32,000 nucleotides of DNA, taken from contig NZ_CP134050.1 of assembly GCF_031583145.1 (NCBI RefSeq), positions 685,739 to 717,738 on the forward strand, in the 5' to 3' direction. The notes under the pieces were generated by a model. That model was not told the DNA's origin and ran no database searches. It was given only the letters and a program-made list of their open reading frames with translations. The DNA is from Brevibacillus brevis (GTDB taxonomy: Bacteria > Bacillota > Bacilli > Brevibacillales > Brevibacillaceae). Of this stretch, positions 9,699-18,565 are shown in pieces. How positions within the stretch are numbered: position 1 is the stretch's first letter; each line of letters starts with the position of its first letter. The position numbers and the translations under genes are program-made.

Positions 9699-10490
9699 GT
9701 GATCCAATACTTGATCGAGATTCAGGAACTGACCAAAGCATTCGGGGGAAATATCGTTCTGGACAAGGTCACCTTCTCCATTCATAACCGGGAATTTCTC
9801 GTCATCCTGGGTTCCAGCGGGGCGGGGAAGTCGACGCTGCTGCGCTGCATCAACGGTTTGCTTGCGCCGACAAGCGGACAGATCCGAATGGACGGTACGG
9901 TCTATACACAAAAGAACATCCGGGAATTAAGGAGAAAAGTGGGCTTTATCTTCCAGCATTACGAGGTGATCGGCAACCTGTCCGTGATGCAGAACGTCCT
10001 GCTGGGCAGCCTGGGTACAAAATCCTTCTGGAATGTCTTTTTTTCCAGGGAGGAGCGCGTCAAGGCAGCGGAAGCCATCGAACTGGTCGGACTGGGGGAC
10101 AAGGTCCATGTACGGGTCGATCAGCTCAGCGGCGGACAAAAGCAAAGGGTCGGGATTGCCCGGGCCGTTTTTCAAAATCCGCAGGTGATTTTGGCCGATG
10201 AACCTGTTGCCAGTCTGGATCCGGTGACCAGTCTGGAAATCCTTTCGCTGCTCAAGCGAATCAAGGAGGAAAAAGGCACGACCATTGTCTGCAATCTTCA
10301 CCAGCTGGAGTATGCGCGCACTTTCGGGGAACGGATTATCGGGATTCGCCACGGAATGATTCAGTATGACGGGCAGGCATCCCGGATTACGGAAGCGGAT
10401 ATCCGGAACATTTACGGTAATGCTTACATGCTGGAACAGGGTGAGCGTGAAGAGGAAGGACGCACTGCTGCACAATTGGTTCATTCCTAA
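9699..10490 (+). CDS. ptxA: Phosphonate/phosphite ABC transporter ATP-binding protein (PhnC/PtxA-like)
   Basis: Walker A LGSSGAGKSTLLRCINGL, signature QLSGGQKQRVGIARA, Walker B VILADEPVASLDP; first gene of the ptx-like operon. A TTG at 9711 is an alternative start. Confidence 0.9.
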   Translation: MIQYLIEIQELTKAFGGNIVLDKVTFSIHNREFLVILGSSGAGKSTLLRCINGLLAPTSGQIRMDGTVYTQKNIRELRRKVGFIFQHYEVIGNLSVMQNVLLGSLGTKSFWNVFFSREERVKAAEAIELVGLGDKVHVRVDQLSGGQKQRVGIARAVFQNPQVILADEPVASLDPVTSLEILSLLKRIKEEKGTTIVCNLHQLEYARTFGERIIGIRHGMIQYDGQASRITEADIRNIYGNAYMLEQGEREEEGRTAAQLVHS

Positions 10491-10509
10491 ACAACGAGGA
10501 GGGCTTTTT

Positions 10510-11427
10510 ATGAAAAAACGATTTGTGCTTGGCATGATTCTGGCACTCACCGCCATGCTCGCTGTCGGATGCGGAAGCAACAACACGGCGCCAGCGGGGA
10601 CAAATGCCGCCAATGAGACAAATGCCGCAAAGGCAAGCAAGCCGGAAAAGCTGCGGGTAGCGCTGCTGCCGGACGAATCGCCGTCCACGGTCATTACGAA
10701 CAATACCGCGTTGAAAGAGTATTTGTCGAAAACGCTGAACATGGAAGTGGAACTGGTGGTGACCACGGACTACTCTTCCATGATTGAAGCGATGCGAAAC
10801 GGAAAAATCGATGTCGGCTACTACGGCCCGCTTTCCTACGTGCTGCTGAAGCAAAAAATGGAGAATGCGGTGGCGTTTGCGGCTAAAGTGGAAAACGGCT
10901 CTCCTACTTACCAAGCTGTCGTGATTGCCGGCGCCGATACCGGGATTCAATCGCTTTCCGATGTCAAAGGAAAAACCGTTGCCTACGGGGATGTATCGTC
11001 CACATCCAGCCACTTGATCCCCAAGGAAATGCTCTTGTCGGAAGGAAAAGCGGAAGCAGGCAAGGACTACGAGGAACAATTTGTCGGAGCGCATGATGCC
11101 GTTGCCATGGCAGTACAAAACGGAAACGCGCAGGCTGGCGGGCTGAGCAAGCCAATCTTTGAATCGATGGTGGAAAAAGGGACGATCGACCCGAACAAAG
11201 TCAAAGTGATTGCCGAATCGAAACCGTATCCGAACTACCCATGGGTATTGAACGGCGAATTGGACGCTGAGCTGCAGGAACAGATCAAACAGGCTTTCTA
11301 CAACCTGAAGGACGAGGCTGTCTTAAAACCGTTGAAAGGGGAAGGCTTTGCTCCGATCGAGGACAAGGATTATGATGTAATCCGCAACATGGTGGAATTG
11401 CTTGGCGTGGATCTGGAGTCGGTCTGA
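10510..11427 (+). CDS. ptxB: Phosphite/phosphonate ABC transporter substrate-binding lipoprotein (PhnD/PtxB-like)
   Basis: Lipobox AMLAVGCGSN; RVALLPDESPSTVITNNTALKEYLSKTLNMEVELVVTTDYSSMIEAMRNGKIDVGYYGPLSYV; RBS aacgaggagggc. Confidence 0.92.
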   Translation: MKKRFVLGMILALTAMLAVGCGSNNTAPAGTNAANETNAAKASKPEKLRVALLPDESPSTVITNNTALKEYLSKTLNMEVELVVTTDYSSMIEAMRNGKIDVGYYGPLSYVLLKQKMENAVAFAAKVENGSPTYQAVVIAGADTGIQSLSDVKGKTVAYGDVSSTSSHLIPKEMLLSEGKAEAGKDYEEQFVGAHDAVAMAVQNGNAQAGGLSKPIFESMVEKGTIDPNKVKVIAESKPYPNYPWVLNGELDAELQEQIKQAFYNLKDEAVLKPLKGEGFAPIEDKDYDVIRNMVELLGVDLESV

Positions 11428-12260
11428 TGAAACCGGAACAATCAGAAGCAGTCCACAAGAAAGCAGCTCTCTCGCCCGGAAACAGCTTCTGGGCGAACTG
11501 GGGCTGGGTGATCGGCACGGGAGCTGTCCTGATCGTCGGAGCGTTGGTCTATACCCTCGTGATCAGTTGGGAAGCGTTGATGGCAGGCGACATTCTGGAA
11601 AACATGTCCCGCATCATCGGCGAAATGTTTCCGCCCGATCTGTCGATTATCGCCACATTGGGCCAACCGATCATCGACACGTTGGCGATGAGTGTAATGG
11701 CTACCCTGCTTGCGGTTTGCATCGCCTTTCCGCTCGGCTTTCTCGCCGCGGAAACCACGACCATCCATCCGACAGTGCGGTATTTGGTCAAAGGGTTGTT
11801 CAATGCCTTGCGAACCATTCCTGAATTGATTTTGGCGATCATTTTTGTCGCTTCGGTTGGGTTTGGTATCCTGCCGGGAATTCTGGCCTTGGGCCTGCAT
11901 TCAGCGGGGATGCTTGGGAAATTTTACGCCGAAGCCATTGACAAGGTGGACAAGGGACTGATAGAAGCGGTGGAAGCATGCGGCGGATCCCGTTTTCACG
12001 TCATCGTGTTTGGCGTGATTCCGCAGATTATCAGCCATTGCGTCGATTTCTCCCTGTACCGTTGGGAGTACAACTTTCGGGCATCAACCGTTGTAGGGAT
12101 GATTGGAGCGGGTGGAATCGGCTTCCAACTGATGGCCTCCCTGCGGATCCTGCAGTATCAAGAGGTGTTGGCCATCCTGGTGGCCGTGTTTGTCATGGTT
12201 CAGCTTGTCGATGCGTTCGGAAACGCAATTCGAAACAAATTGATCGTGCGGGAGAGGTAA
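11427..12260 (+). CDS. ptxC: Phosphite/phosphonate ABC transporter permease (PhnE/PtxC-like)
   Basis: Multi-TM; LIEAVEACGGSRFHVIVFGVIPQIISHCVDFSLYRWEYNFRASTVVGMIGAGGIGFQL. Confidence 0.93.
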   Translation: MKPEQSEAVHKKAALSPGNSFWANWGWVIGTGAVLIVGALVYTLVISWEALMAGDILENMSRIIGEMFPPDLSIIATLGQPIIDTLAMSVMATLLAVCIAFPLGFLAAETTTIHPTVRYLVKGLFNALRTIPELILAIIFVASVGFGILPGILALGLHSAGMLGKFYAEAIDKVDKGLIEAVEACGGSRFHVIVFGVIPQIISHCVDFSLYRWEYNFRASTVVGMIGAGGIGFQLMASLRILQYQEVLAILVAVFVMVQLVDAFGNAIRNKLIVRER

Positions 12261-12262
12261 TC

Positions 12263-13273
12263 ATGAAGAAGCCAAAGGTGTTTATTTCGCATTGGATGCC
12301 GGCCATCGGCGTGGACATGATCCGGCAGCACTGCGAGGTTGACTACTACGACGGAACGGTTCCCCTGGACAAGAGGGAATTCATTGCCCGGGCAGCAGAC
12401 GCGGACGCCCTGCTGGTTTTCGTACCGGATGTGATCGACGCAGAGATTTTGGACCATTGCCCCAAGGTAAAAGTGATCAGCAGCTTTGGAAAAGGGTATG
12501 ACAACATCGATGTGGGAGCGTGTTCCAGGCGGGGCATCCTGGTTACCATCAATCCGGACGCCCTGACGGATTCCACGGCGGATTTGGCCATCGGTCTTCT
12601 GCTCGCCCTCTCGCGCAACATTTTGCCGGGAGACGCTCATGTCAGAAGAAAGGCTTTTGCCGGATGGCATGCCACCAACCTGCTGGGAAAGGATTTTCAC
12701 CATTCCACGTTGGGGATTATTGGCATGGGGGCCATCGGAGAAGCGATTGCCGCCAGAGCCAAAGGATTTCAGACGGAGATGTGGTACACCGATGTGCAGC
12801 GTTTTCCGGAAAAGGAAGAGAAATGGGGGATTCGCTATACCGACCTCCAAAGTTTGCTGGAACAATCGGATTTTGTCATCGTCGCCGTCAATCTGGTGCC
12901 GGAAACCTATCATCTGATCGGCGGGGATCAGCTGCAGCGGATGAAGCCGGGCAGCTGTCTGATCAATATCAGCAGGGGATCCACCGTGGATGAGGCGGCC
13001 GTCGCCCGATCCCTGCAGGCCGGGCATCTGGGAGGATACGCGTCCGATGTGTTTGCGTTTGAAGATCCTTCGAACCCCCATCGTCCGGGGTATATCGCCG
13101 AGGAATTGCTGTCCCGCCAGACGGACACCGTCTTTACGCCCCATATCGGCACAGGAACCTTGCAGGCACGGGACCGTTTGGCGGTTTCCAGCGCCAATCA
13201 GCTGCTGGCCGCACTGAAAGGCGACCGTCCAACAGGTGCCGTCAATTTCCAGCAAGTCAAAGAGTTGGCTTAA
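12263..13273 (+). CDS. ptxD: D-2-hydroxyacid dehydrogenase-family protein, probable phosphonate (phosphite) dehydrogenase PtxD
   Basis: KVISSFGKGYDNIDVGACSRRGI, TLGIIGMGAIGEAIAARAKGF, INISRGSTVDEAAVARSLQAGHLGGYASDVFAFEDPSNPHRP, TPHIGTGT; pattern resembles Pseudomonas PtxD and sits behind ptxABC. Confidence 0.85.
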   Translation: MKKPKVFISHWMPAIGVDMIRQHCEVDYYDGTVPLDKREFIARAADADALLVFVPDVIDAEILDHCPKVKVISSFGKGYDNIDVGACSRRGILVTINPDALTDSTADLAIGLLLALSRNILPGDAHVRRKAFAGWHATNLLGKDFHHSTLGIIGMGAIGEAIAARAKGFQTEMWYTDVQRFPEKEEKWGIRYTDLQSLLEQSDFVIVAVNLVPETYHLIGGDQLQRMKPGSCLINISRGSTVDEAAVARSLQAGHLGGYASDVFAFEDPSNPHRPGYIAEELLSRQTDTVFTPHIGTGTLQARDRLAVSSANQLLAALKGDRPTGAVNFQQVKELA

Positions 13274-13287
13274 GCAAGAAGGAAACG

Positions 13288-13336
13288 AAAAAGGAAAACC
13301 GGCTGCCGTTCTTGCGGCGATCGGTTTTCCTTTTTT
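13288..13336. terminator. Bidirectional terminator between ptxD and the convergent lysR gene
   Basis: aaaaaggaaaaccg...cggttttcctttttt. Confidence 0.85.
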
Positions 13337-13347
13337 ATCGAGACTTT

Positions 13348-14253
13348 TCAGGATGCAAAATACTTTCCGATATAGTGCAGGAACGTTTCCGTTTGGCTGG
13401 GTAGCACTTTGCTTTTGTCGCTGACCAGGTAAAAGGAGCGGTGAAAATGCATGCCTTTCATGGGAATGATCCGCAGCGTCCCCAGTTTCAATTCGCGTGT
13501 CAGGGCGAACCGGGACAGGATCGAGATCCCCATCCCTGTTTCCACGGCAGCCTTCACCGCCTCCGTATTTCCCAATTCCATCACGATGTGCAGTTTCTCG
13601 GGATCAAGATCCAGCCCTACCAGCGTTTCTTCAATGACCTGACGCGTCCCTGACCCCGGTTCCCGCAGAATTAGCGGGAGGGAAAACAGTTCGTATGGGG
13701 TGATGGATTCGCGGTTTTGAAGCAAGGGATGGGGCGATTCCCGTGAGCAAACCACCATCAGTTCGTCATCCAGAATGGGCTGGTAGGAAAGCTTGGGGTG
13801 GCGCAGCGAAGACTCGATGAATCCCAGCTGTATTTCGTGGTCCAGCAGCTGGTTGATGATCTGATGGGAATTGTTGATTTGCATACGGATCGTCACTTGG
13901 GGATAATCCCTCTTGAAGCGGCCCAGTACATAGGGGAGCACGTGCTCGCCAATCGTCGTGCTCGCGCCGATGTGGACCTCGCCGGTTAAAGCGCCGGACA
14001 AAAGGGATATTTCCTTTTCGGCGTTCTCCACCAGGTGAAAGATTCTCTCCGCGTAATGAAACAGGAGGTTTCCGGATTCCGTCAACCGGATCGACTTGGT
14101 GGTGCGCTCAAAAAGTTTCGTCTGCAGATGTTCCTCCAGACGCCGGATCTGGATGCTGACGGAGGATTGGGAAATGTGCAGGGACTTGGCCGTTTGCGAA
14201 AAATTCCGCTTCTTGGCCGCCACGTAAAATACCTTCAAGTGATCGAGATTCAT
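13348..14253 (-). CDS. LysR-family transcriptional regulator (candidate ptx regulator)
   Basis: MNLDHLKVFYVAAKKRNFSQTAKSLHISQSSVSIQIRRLEEHLQTKLFERTTKSIRLTESG and LysR effector-binding domain; convergent and adjacent to ptxD. Confidence 0.93.
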   Translation of the reverse strand: MNLDHLKVFYVAAKKRNFSQTAKSLHISQSSVSIQIRRLEEHLQTKLFERTTKSIRLTESGNLLFHYAERIFHLVENAEKEISLLSGALTGEVHIGASTTIGEHVLPYVLGRFKRDYPQVTIRMQINNSHQIINQLLDHEIQLGFIESSLRHPKLSYQPILDDELMVVCSRESPHPLLQNRESITPYELFSLPLILREPGSGTRQVIEETLVGLDLDPEKLHIVMELGNTEAVKAAVETGMGISILSRFALTRELKLGTLRIIPMKGMHFHRSFYLVSDKSKVLPSQTETFLHYIGKYFAS

Positions 14254-14373
14254 GGATCTTCTCCTGTTTGCCGAGGTTAGTTTTATCTTAAATCATTTTC
14301 CGCGACGGAGAAAGACAGCCAACCGGATTTACGCAAAAAGGCGGTTAGCGCAAGTGACCATCGACCGGGTCAA

Positions 14374-14450
14374 GTGATGCGGTATACCTTCAGCTTGCGG
14401 TGCAAGGTGCGTATGCCGATGCCCGGCTCCTTGGCGGCTTCCTGCTTGCC
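14374..14450 (-). pseudogene. 3' remnant of a sigma-54-dependent activator (Fis-type HTH end)
   Basis: Reverse complement gives GKQEAAKEPGIGIRTLHRKLKVYRIT*, the typical C-terminus of NtrC/RocR-like regulators. Confidence 0.7.
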
Positions 14451-14502
14451 TTACGATCCGCACCGTGCTTCCTGCGTGCCGCCCGGATGGCAAGACGGGC
14501 CT

Positions 14503-14630
14503 GGAAAATGTGATTGAAGGCCGGTTCATTCATGTAAAAAAGAAAAACAGGCAGGAAGCGGCTGACAAGGCGATGAATTTACTGGGAAGAGTGGGACTGA
14601 CTGACAAGGCGGACGCGTCGGTTCCTGCAG
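14503..14630 (+). pseudogene. Internal fragment of a polar amino-acid ABC transporter ATPase (GlnQ-like)
   Basis: LENVIEGRFIHVKKKNRQEAADKAMNLLGRVGLTDKADA resembles the segment before the LSGGQ signature; homology then stops. Confidence 0.65.
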
Positions 14631-14657
14631 CAACTATTATAAGGAGAAGGTGGACAC

Positions 14658-16307
14658 ATGTTGAATTGCCGTGAACAGATTCTGGCTTTGACCGAAGCGT
14701 TGGTGGGTGTGGAAAGCGTTGTAAACACAAAGGGCGAAATCGACATCGCCCGCCATCTCTACCAATACCTGAATACGCTCCCCTATTTTCAGGAAAACCC
14801 TGACCGGCTTGTCCTCTCCCGTACAGGTAACGACGAGCTGGAGCGGTACAACGTTTTGGCATTTGTCAAAGGCACCAAGAGACCGAGCAGCAAGACGGTC
14901 ATCCTGATGGGGCATCTCGATACGGTGGGGATCGAGGATTACAACCACCTGAGAGACAAGGCCTGCCGTCCGCGCCCCCTGATGGAAGCCTTGGCGCGGG
15001 AGCCTTTGCCGGAACTGGTCAGGCAGCAGCTGGAATCGGGGGAATGGTACTTCGGCCGCGGCGCGCTGGATATGAAGGGCGGTGTCGCCAGCCATCTCTA
15101 CCTGCTGCGCCACTACGCCGAGCATCCGGAGGAATTGGCCGGCAATTTGCTGTTTTTGGCCGAGTGCGACGAGGAAGACAGTTCCCACGGTGTCCTGTCG
15201 GCACTAAAGGATTTGCAAAAATGGCGGGACGAGCACGGCTTCGAGTACATCGCCCTGATCAACTCCGACTTCGTCGCGCCGCGCTACGACGGCGATCCCA
15301 ATCGCTATATCTACAAGGGGACCGTGGGCAAGCTGCTACCGTCGTTTTTCATCACCGGATATGAAACGCACGCAGGGTCGGCGTTTGAAGGACTTGACCC
15401 GAATTTCATCGCCGCCGAGCTCACGCGTCAAATCAGCTACAATCCCGATCTTTGCGACGAGGCGTACGGCGAAATGCCGGTGCCGCCAGTCTCCTTGAAG
15501 CAGACCGACCTCAAGCCCACCTACACGATCCAGACGGCATTGTCCGCTTATGTCTACTTCAATTTTTTCATCCACTCCTGGTCGCCGAAGCAAGTATTGC
15601 AGATGCTGAAGGAACAGGCGGAAATCGCCTTTGAGAACGCGCTCACGCTTCTTCGCGAACGCCATCGCCGTTTTTGCGAGCGGAGCGGGCAGGCCTGGAC
15701 CGAACTGCCGTGGAAAACGCGCGTGCTCGTATACGAGGAGATGAAAAAACAGCTGGTGGAGGAGAACGGCGAGGCCTTCCTTGCCCATATGAAACAGTTC
15801 AAGGAGCAGCTGCTGGAAGACAAGAGCCTGGATGTCCGGATGTTCGCTGCCCGTGTCGTGGAGGAAGAATGGAAGTGGATGAAGGACAGGAGCCCGGCCA
15901 TCATCCTGTTTTACTCTTCTCTCTACTCCCCCCGGATCGAGCTGGTGGGCAGGGATGAGCGGGAGCAAAATCTGATCCATGCGCTAGAGCGTGCTGTCGA
16001 GACCGTCCAACCGCATTATCCGCATCCCATCGTGACGCGTCATTTCTTTCCGTTCGTATGTGACATGAGCTTTGTATCCCTCTCCGACGATGAGGAAGGA
16101 ATCCGGGCGGTTGCGGAAAACAATCCGGCTTGGGGGACGAAGCATTTCGTGAATTATCAGGATGTCCGCGAAATCGATGTCCCTTGCATCAATATCGGAC
16201 CGTATGGATACGACGCGCACAATCGGTATGAGCGCATGGAGATTCCGTACTCGGCGGAAGTGGTGCCGAATGTGACGAATGAAGTGATCAAGGAACTGTT
16301 GACGTAA
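14658..16307 (+). CDS. rocB: M20-family peptidase, arginine utilization protein RocB-like
   Basis: VILMGHLDTVGIEDY, GRGALDMKGGVASHLYLL, LLFLAECDEEDSSHGVLSAL, long characteristic C-terminus; RBS aaggagaagg. Confidence 0.88.
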   Translation: MLNCREQILALTEALVGVESVVNTKGEIDIARHLYQYLNTLPYFQENPDRLVLSRTGNDELERYNVLAFVKGTKRPSSKTVILMGHLDTVGIEDYNHLRDKACRPRPLMEALAREPLPELVRQQLESGEWYFGRGALDMKGGVASHLYLLRHYAEHPEELAGNLLFLAECDEEDSSHGVLSALKDLQKWRDEHGFEYIALINSDFVAPRYDGDPNRYIYKGTVGKLLPSFFITGYETHAGSAFEGLDPNFIAAELTRQISYNPDLCDEAYGEMPVPPVSLKQTDLKPTYTIQTALSAYVYFNFFIHSWSPKQVLQMLKEQAEIAFENALTLLRERHRRFCERSGQAWTELPWKTRVLVYEEMKKQLVEENGEAFLAHMKQFKEQLLEDKSLDVRMFAARVVEEEWKWMKDRSPAIILFYSSLYSPRIELVGRDEREQNLIHALERAVETVQPHYPHPIVTRHFFPFVCDMSFVSLSDDEEGIRAVAENNPAWGTKHFVNYQDVREIDVPCINIGPYGYDAHNRYERMEIPYSAEVVPNVTNEVIKELLT

Positions 16308-16533
16308 AGGATTTGTCCCGCAAACAGGAACAAATGGGCGGGCCGTTGTCCTTTTGGGGGTGACGGCTTCTTTGTACAAGTGTCGCTGTACGTTTCTGCC
16401 TGGACAGTCGGATGGCGGGAATTTTGCCGTTTCGTGTTTCCGATCGTTTTTGTGTATACTCATTACAGGATTCGAAAAAAAGCAACCTTTTGAAACTGCA
16501 AAATGCAATACAAGAAAGCGAGTGAAATAAACG

Positions 16534-16565
16534 TGAAAGTGGCATCCATCCAATTGGAGATCAAG
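16534..16565 (+). pseudogene. 5' stub of a probable carbon-nitrogen hydrolase (nitrilase-like) gene cut by IS256
   Basis: GTG start then VKVASIQLEIK, typical of the first residues of nitrilase-superfamily proteins; ends at the IS256 left end. Confidence 0.45.
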
Positions 16566-16567
16566 TT

Positions 16568-17173
16568 GAGTCCGTATAATTGTGTAAAAACAGCATCTCT
16601 CTAAAAATAAGGGAGCCATTTTCAATCCCCCTCGGTTAGAATGAAGTTGACTAGACAACATTCGAAGGAGAGGGAATTTGAAATGGCTCAATACCAGATT
16701 ACCGTAGATTCGCAACTTTTGCATCAGCTTTTTCTCGGCAATTCACAGGATTCGGGAGTGGCCAAGTTGTTGGAATCCGTATTGAACCAAGTCTTGCAGG
16801 CACAGGCGACCGAACAGTTGGGGGCGGAACCCTACGAACGGACAGATGAGCGTCAAGCATATCGAAATGGTACATACCCACACCAATTGACTACACGTGT
16901 CGGTACGATCACGCTTCGTGTCCCCCGGATTCGCGGCGGGAAGTTCTCAACGGAGTTGTTTGCCAGTTACCAACGCAGCGAACAGGCTCTGGTGCTAGCT
17001 TTGATGGAGATGGTCGTAAACGGGGTGTCGACCCGCAAGGTGTCACAGATCACGGATGAATTGTGTGGCACGGCGTTTTCGAAATCCACGGTGTCGGATC
17101 TGTGTAAGTGGCTGGACCCAATCGTGACAGCTTGGAACAACCGTCCGCTTCATGACCATTCGTTCCCTGTTTT
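16568..17173 (+). mobile_element. IS256-family element, copy 1 (5' part only)
   Basis: Left IR GAGTCCGTATAATTGTGTAAAAAC; same layout as copy 2, 3480 bp downstream; truncated where an IS21-like end (TGGCAAGTAAG) begins. Confidence 0.85.
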
Positions 17174-17183
17174 TGGCAAGTAA
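16683..17183 (+). pseudogene. IS256-family Mutator-type transposase, truncated
   Basis: MAQYQITVDSQLLHQLFLGNSQDSGVAKLLESVLNQVLQAQATEQLGAEPYERTDERQAYRNG...; ends after NNRPLHDHSFPVFGK*. Confidence 0.9.
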
Positions 17184-17415
17184 GAAATGTAGTAAATGGC
17201 AATTAAAAATGTACCACTTGCCTTCAACTTTTTTATTTACCGTGTAAAAGCGATTCTTTGTACCGATGGCTTTCGCCATTGAATATGATCAAATGAGAGT
17301 GATGAATCAAACGATCAATCACTGCCACTGTCAAAATTCGATCGCCAAAAACATGGTTCCATTGTGGGATTGGATCCGTGATATTGATCCGGTCGGTCGG
17401 CGTATCGGTAAACAA
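17174..17415 (-). mobile_element. Terminal fragment of a different IS21-family element with the IstB C-terminus
   Basis: Minus ORF NITDPIPQWNHVFGDRILTVAVIDRLIHHSHLIIFNGESHRYKESLLHGK (IstB C-terminus); end motif TGGCAAGTAAGAAATGTAGTAAATGG. Confidence 0.8.
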
Positions 17416-17569
17416 CGAGGAGGCATTTTGGGTTGATCTGAGCAGGATAATCGAGGAAAATATGTATCAAAATCTTCCTTTTTCCACGCTCCCTGCCCAC
17501 GACTGTATTCTAACCCGTTGTCGTTTTTTACCATCAGGTATATACTGTTGTTTGGAAGGAGGGATGGGG

Positions 17570-18112
17570 ATGCTTAGAAGATTTATGTTGGCGTTTATTG
17601 CTCTTCTTTGCCTCGGGGCACAAACTGCTTCCGCAGATGTTTCTGTTAAGGGATATTTCAGAAAAGACGGTACATACGTCAAACCACATATGCGGAGTAA
17701 TCCAGACGGCAACTTTTGGAACAATTGGAGCACCAAGGGCAACATAAATCCATACACAGGGGAACCTGGAACGAAATCATGGCCGACTTACACGCCATCG
17801 TTTACACCGTACACACCAACGTTACCGGAACCGACATTGCCTGACTTTCCAACGTACTCACAACCGAATTACACGCCGTCTCAATCCGAACCTGTCCCGC
17901 CAGAGGCACCAGAAACATTTATGTCGCCGAAGCCTGCGAAGGGATGCCAATCCATCACAATTCCAGAACGCAAGATACCTCAAAGGGTGATTCCCAAACG
18001 TGTCATTCCTGCTCGGACCATCAACGGCATTTACTATCCGGAAATGGTTTTGCCGGAAGTTGTACTCCCTGAAGTTGTATTGCCTGCCCAAACGATGACT
18101 ATATGTAATTAA
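17570..18112 (+). CDS. Secreted protein, Pro-rich with short C-terminal repeats
   Basis: Signal peptide MLRRFMLAFIALLCLGAQTASA; DVSVKGYFRKDGTYVKPHMRSNPDGNFWNNWSTKGNINPYTGEPG; C-terminal RKIPQRVIPKRVIPARTI...MVLPEVVLPEVVLPAQT; RBS ggaaggagggatgggg. Confidence 0.8.
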   Translation: MLRRFMLAFIALLCLGAQTASADVSVKGYFRKDGTYVKPHMRSNPDGNFWNNWSTKGNINPYTGEPGTKSWPTYTPSFTPYTPTLPEPTLPDFPTYSQPNYTPSQSEPVPPEAPETFMSPKPAKGCQSITIPERKIPQRVIPKRVIPARTINGIYYPEMVLPEVVLPEVVLPAQTMTICN

Positions 18113-18440
18113 AAAGGAGTTGCGCTCATTTATCAATTGGCTCCCATTTCGTTTTCTGTTATGGGCTTCCTTGTGTACACTTTGATAAATGAGATTCTTC
18201 CGGAAAAGCATGATTAAGCGAGTCGCATACGCTGGAAGCGACAGCCCAGCAGCGTACCAGAGATGTGGTCATCGTTTTGCCTGTTGAAAGACAGTCCTTC
18301 TCTATTCGGGGAAGGGCTTTTATGCTGCGCTAGCCTGTGAAGCACTGCGTAGAGGCGTGACTCCCTCTTCAACTGGTCGGCCAAGCAGGCGAGTGCTTAC
18401 CTCGCTCCGGCGTTATGGCTGTGTAATCGACTGACCGCGA

Positions 18441-18514
18441 TGAACACTTCATGTGGCTAAGAGCTGGGTATAGACTTGCTTTGGATCGGGATCGTGATGG
18501 AGTAGCGTGTGAAT
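18441..18514 (+). pseudogene. Degraded excalibur (calcium-binding) domain remnant
   Basis: YRLALDRDRDGVACE* at 18469-18514, preceded in another frame by HVAKSW; matches the (H)GVAKS..YRP.LDRDGDGVACE pattern with a frameshift. Confidence 0.6.
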
Positions 18515-18521
18515 AACATTG

Positions 18522-18557
18522 TAACGCCCTTCTCGTTTTGAGTAAGGGCGTTGAATT
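18522..18557 (+). terminator. Rho-independent terminator-like hairpin
   Basis: aacgccct...agggcgtt followed by gaatttt. Confidence 0.6.
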
Positions 18558-18565
18558 TTAACATT

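Noticed and set aside
9927-11118. Minus-strand ORFs (279 aa and 243 aa) opposite ptxA/ptxB
   Set aside because: Antisense artefacts of strongly supported transporter genes.
12200-13255. 351-aa minus-strand ORF antisense to ptxD
   Set aside because: Shadow ORF; low-complexity composition rich in Gln/Arg/Gly with no domain signal, while the plus frame is a clear dehydrogenase.
15336-16724. Minus-strand ORFs opposite rocB
   Set aside because: Shadow ORFs with no family motifs.
18292-18322. Second terminator-like hairpin (gtccttctc...gggaagggctttt)
   Set aside because: Plausible stem and T-run, but it sits in degraded sequence without an assignable upstream gene; not listed as a feature.
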